Source of the DNA: Octopus sinensis
Lineage: Eukaryota
Assembly (NCBI RefSeq): GCF_006345805.1
Contig: NC_043003.1
Coordinates: 45,818,001 to 45,882,000 of the forward strand
Direction of reading: 5' to 3'
Length of the DNA: 64,000 nt
Each line of letters starts with the position of its first letter. Position 1 is the first letter of the stretch. This document shows, piece by piece, positions 63,629-64,000 of this stretch. The notes under the pieces are model-generated. The model did no database searches. It saw only the letters and a list, made by a program, of their open reading frames with translations, and was not told the origin of the DNA. Position numbers and translations under genes: made by a program.

Positions 63629-64000
63629 TACACACACTCAGATATGCAAAGTAAAAGAGTAAACTTGATAGAGAATGACGTAAAAGAACCCACGCGAGAA
63701 GAAACGGAAAGGGAAGATCGTTACAAGAGATAGGGAGGAGAAAGTGTTGGTTAATGTAGATTGGGTTTGTTTGGTAAAGAAAATTAAGAAGGTTGAGGTA
63801 AAGGGAGAGGGTGTAGGGAGAGGATATAACGAAATACGCTAAGTAGAGAATTTTAAAACACAAACAACCACGGGATATGAGGAGGACATAAATACATACA
63901 TGCGTGCACATATCCAACAGCTTCTGTCTAACTATATATTATGTGTGTGCGCGCACGACTACGTGTGTTAGGGGGAGTGATTAAGTGTGTGTGATTGTCT

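Overview
AT-rich, microsatellite-saturated animal DNA. Its tRNA-derived SINE families look like those of octopus (cephalopod) genomes; this is recognition, not a database result. I could not support any host protein-coding gene, rRNA, true tRNA or CRISPR array, so the window reads as intergenic or deep intronic. Most ORFs in the track are read-throughs of simple repeats or SINEs. The real coding remnants are all transposon-derived: R4/Dong-type RLE non-LTR retrotransposons (1318-2928, 5740-7365, 45098-45390), RTE LINE pieces, L1/Tx1 LINE pieces, CR1/L2-like pieces, two Tc1/mariner families and Helitron pieces. The most notable observations are: (1) a complete type I hammerhead ribozyme fold at 7841-7901, with decayed or truncated relatives at 23324, 29310 and 49306; (2) two microsatellite-homing retroelement systems, R4/Dong copies stacked in (AAT)n and Tx1-like 3' ends stacked in (GATA)n; (3) SINE-into-SINE concatemers with recurrent junctions; (4) several local duplications of different ages.
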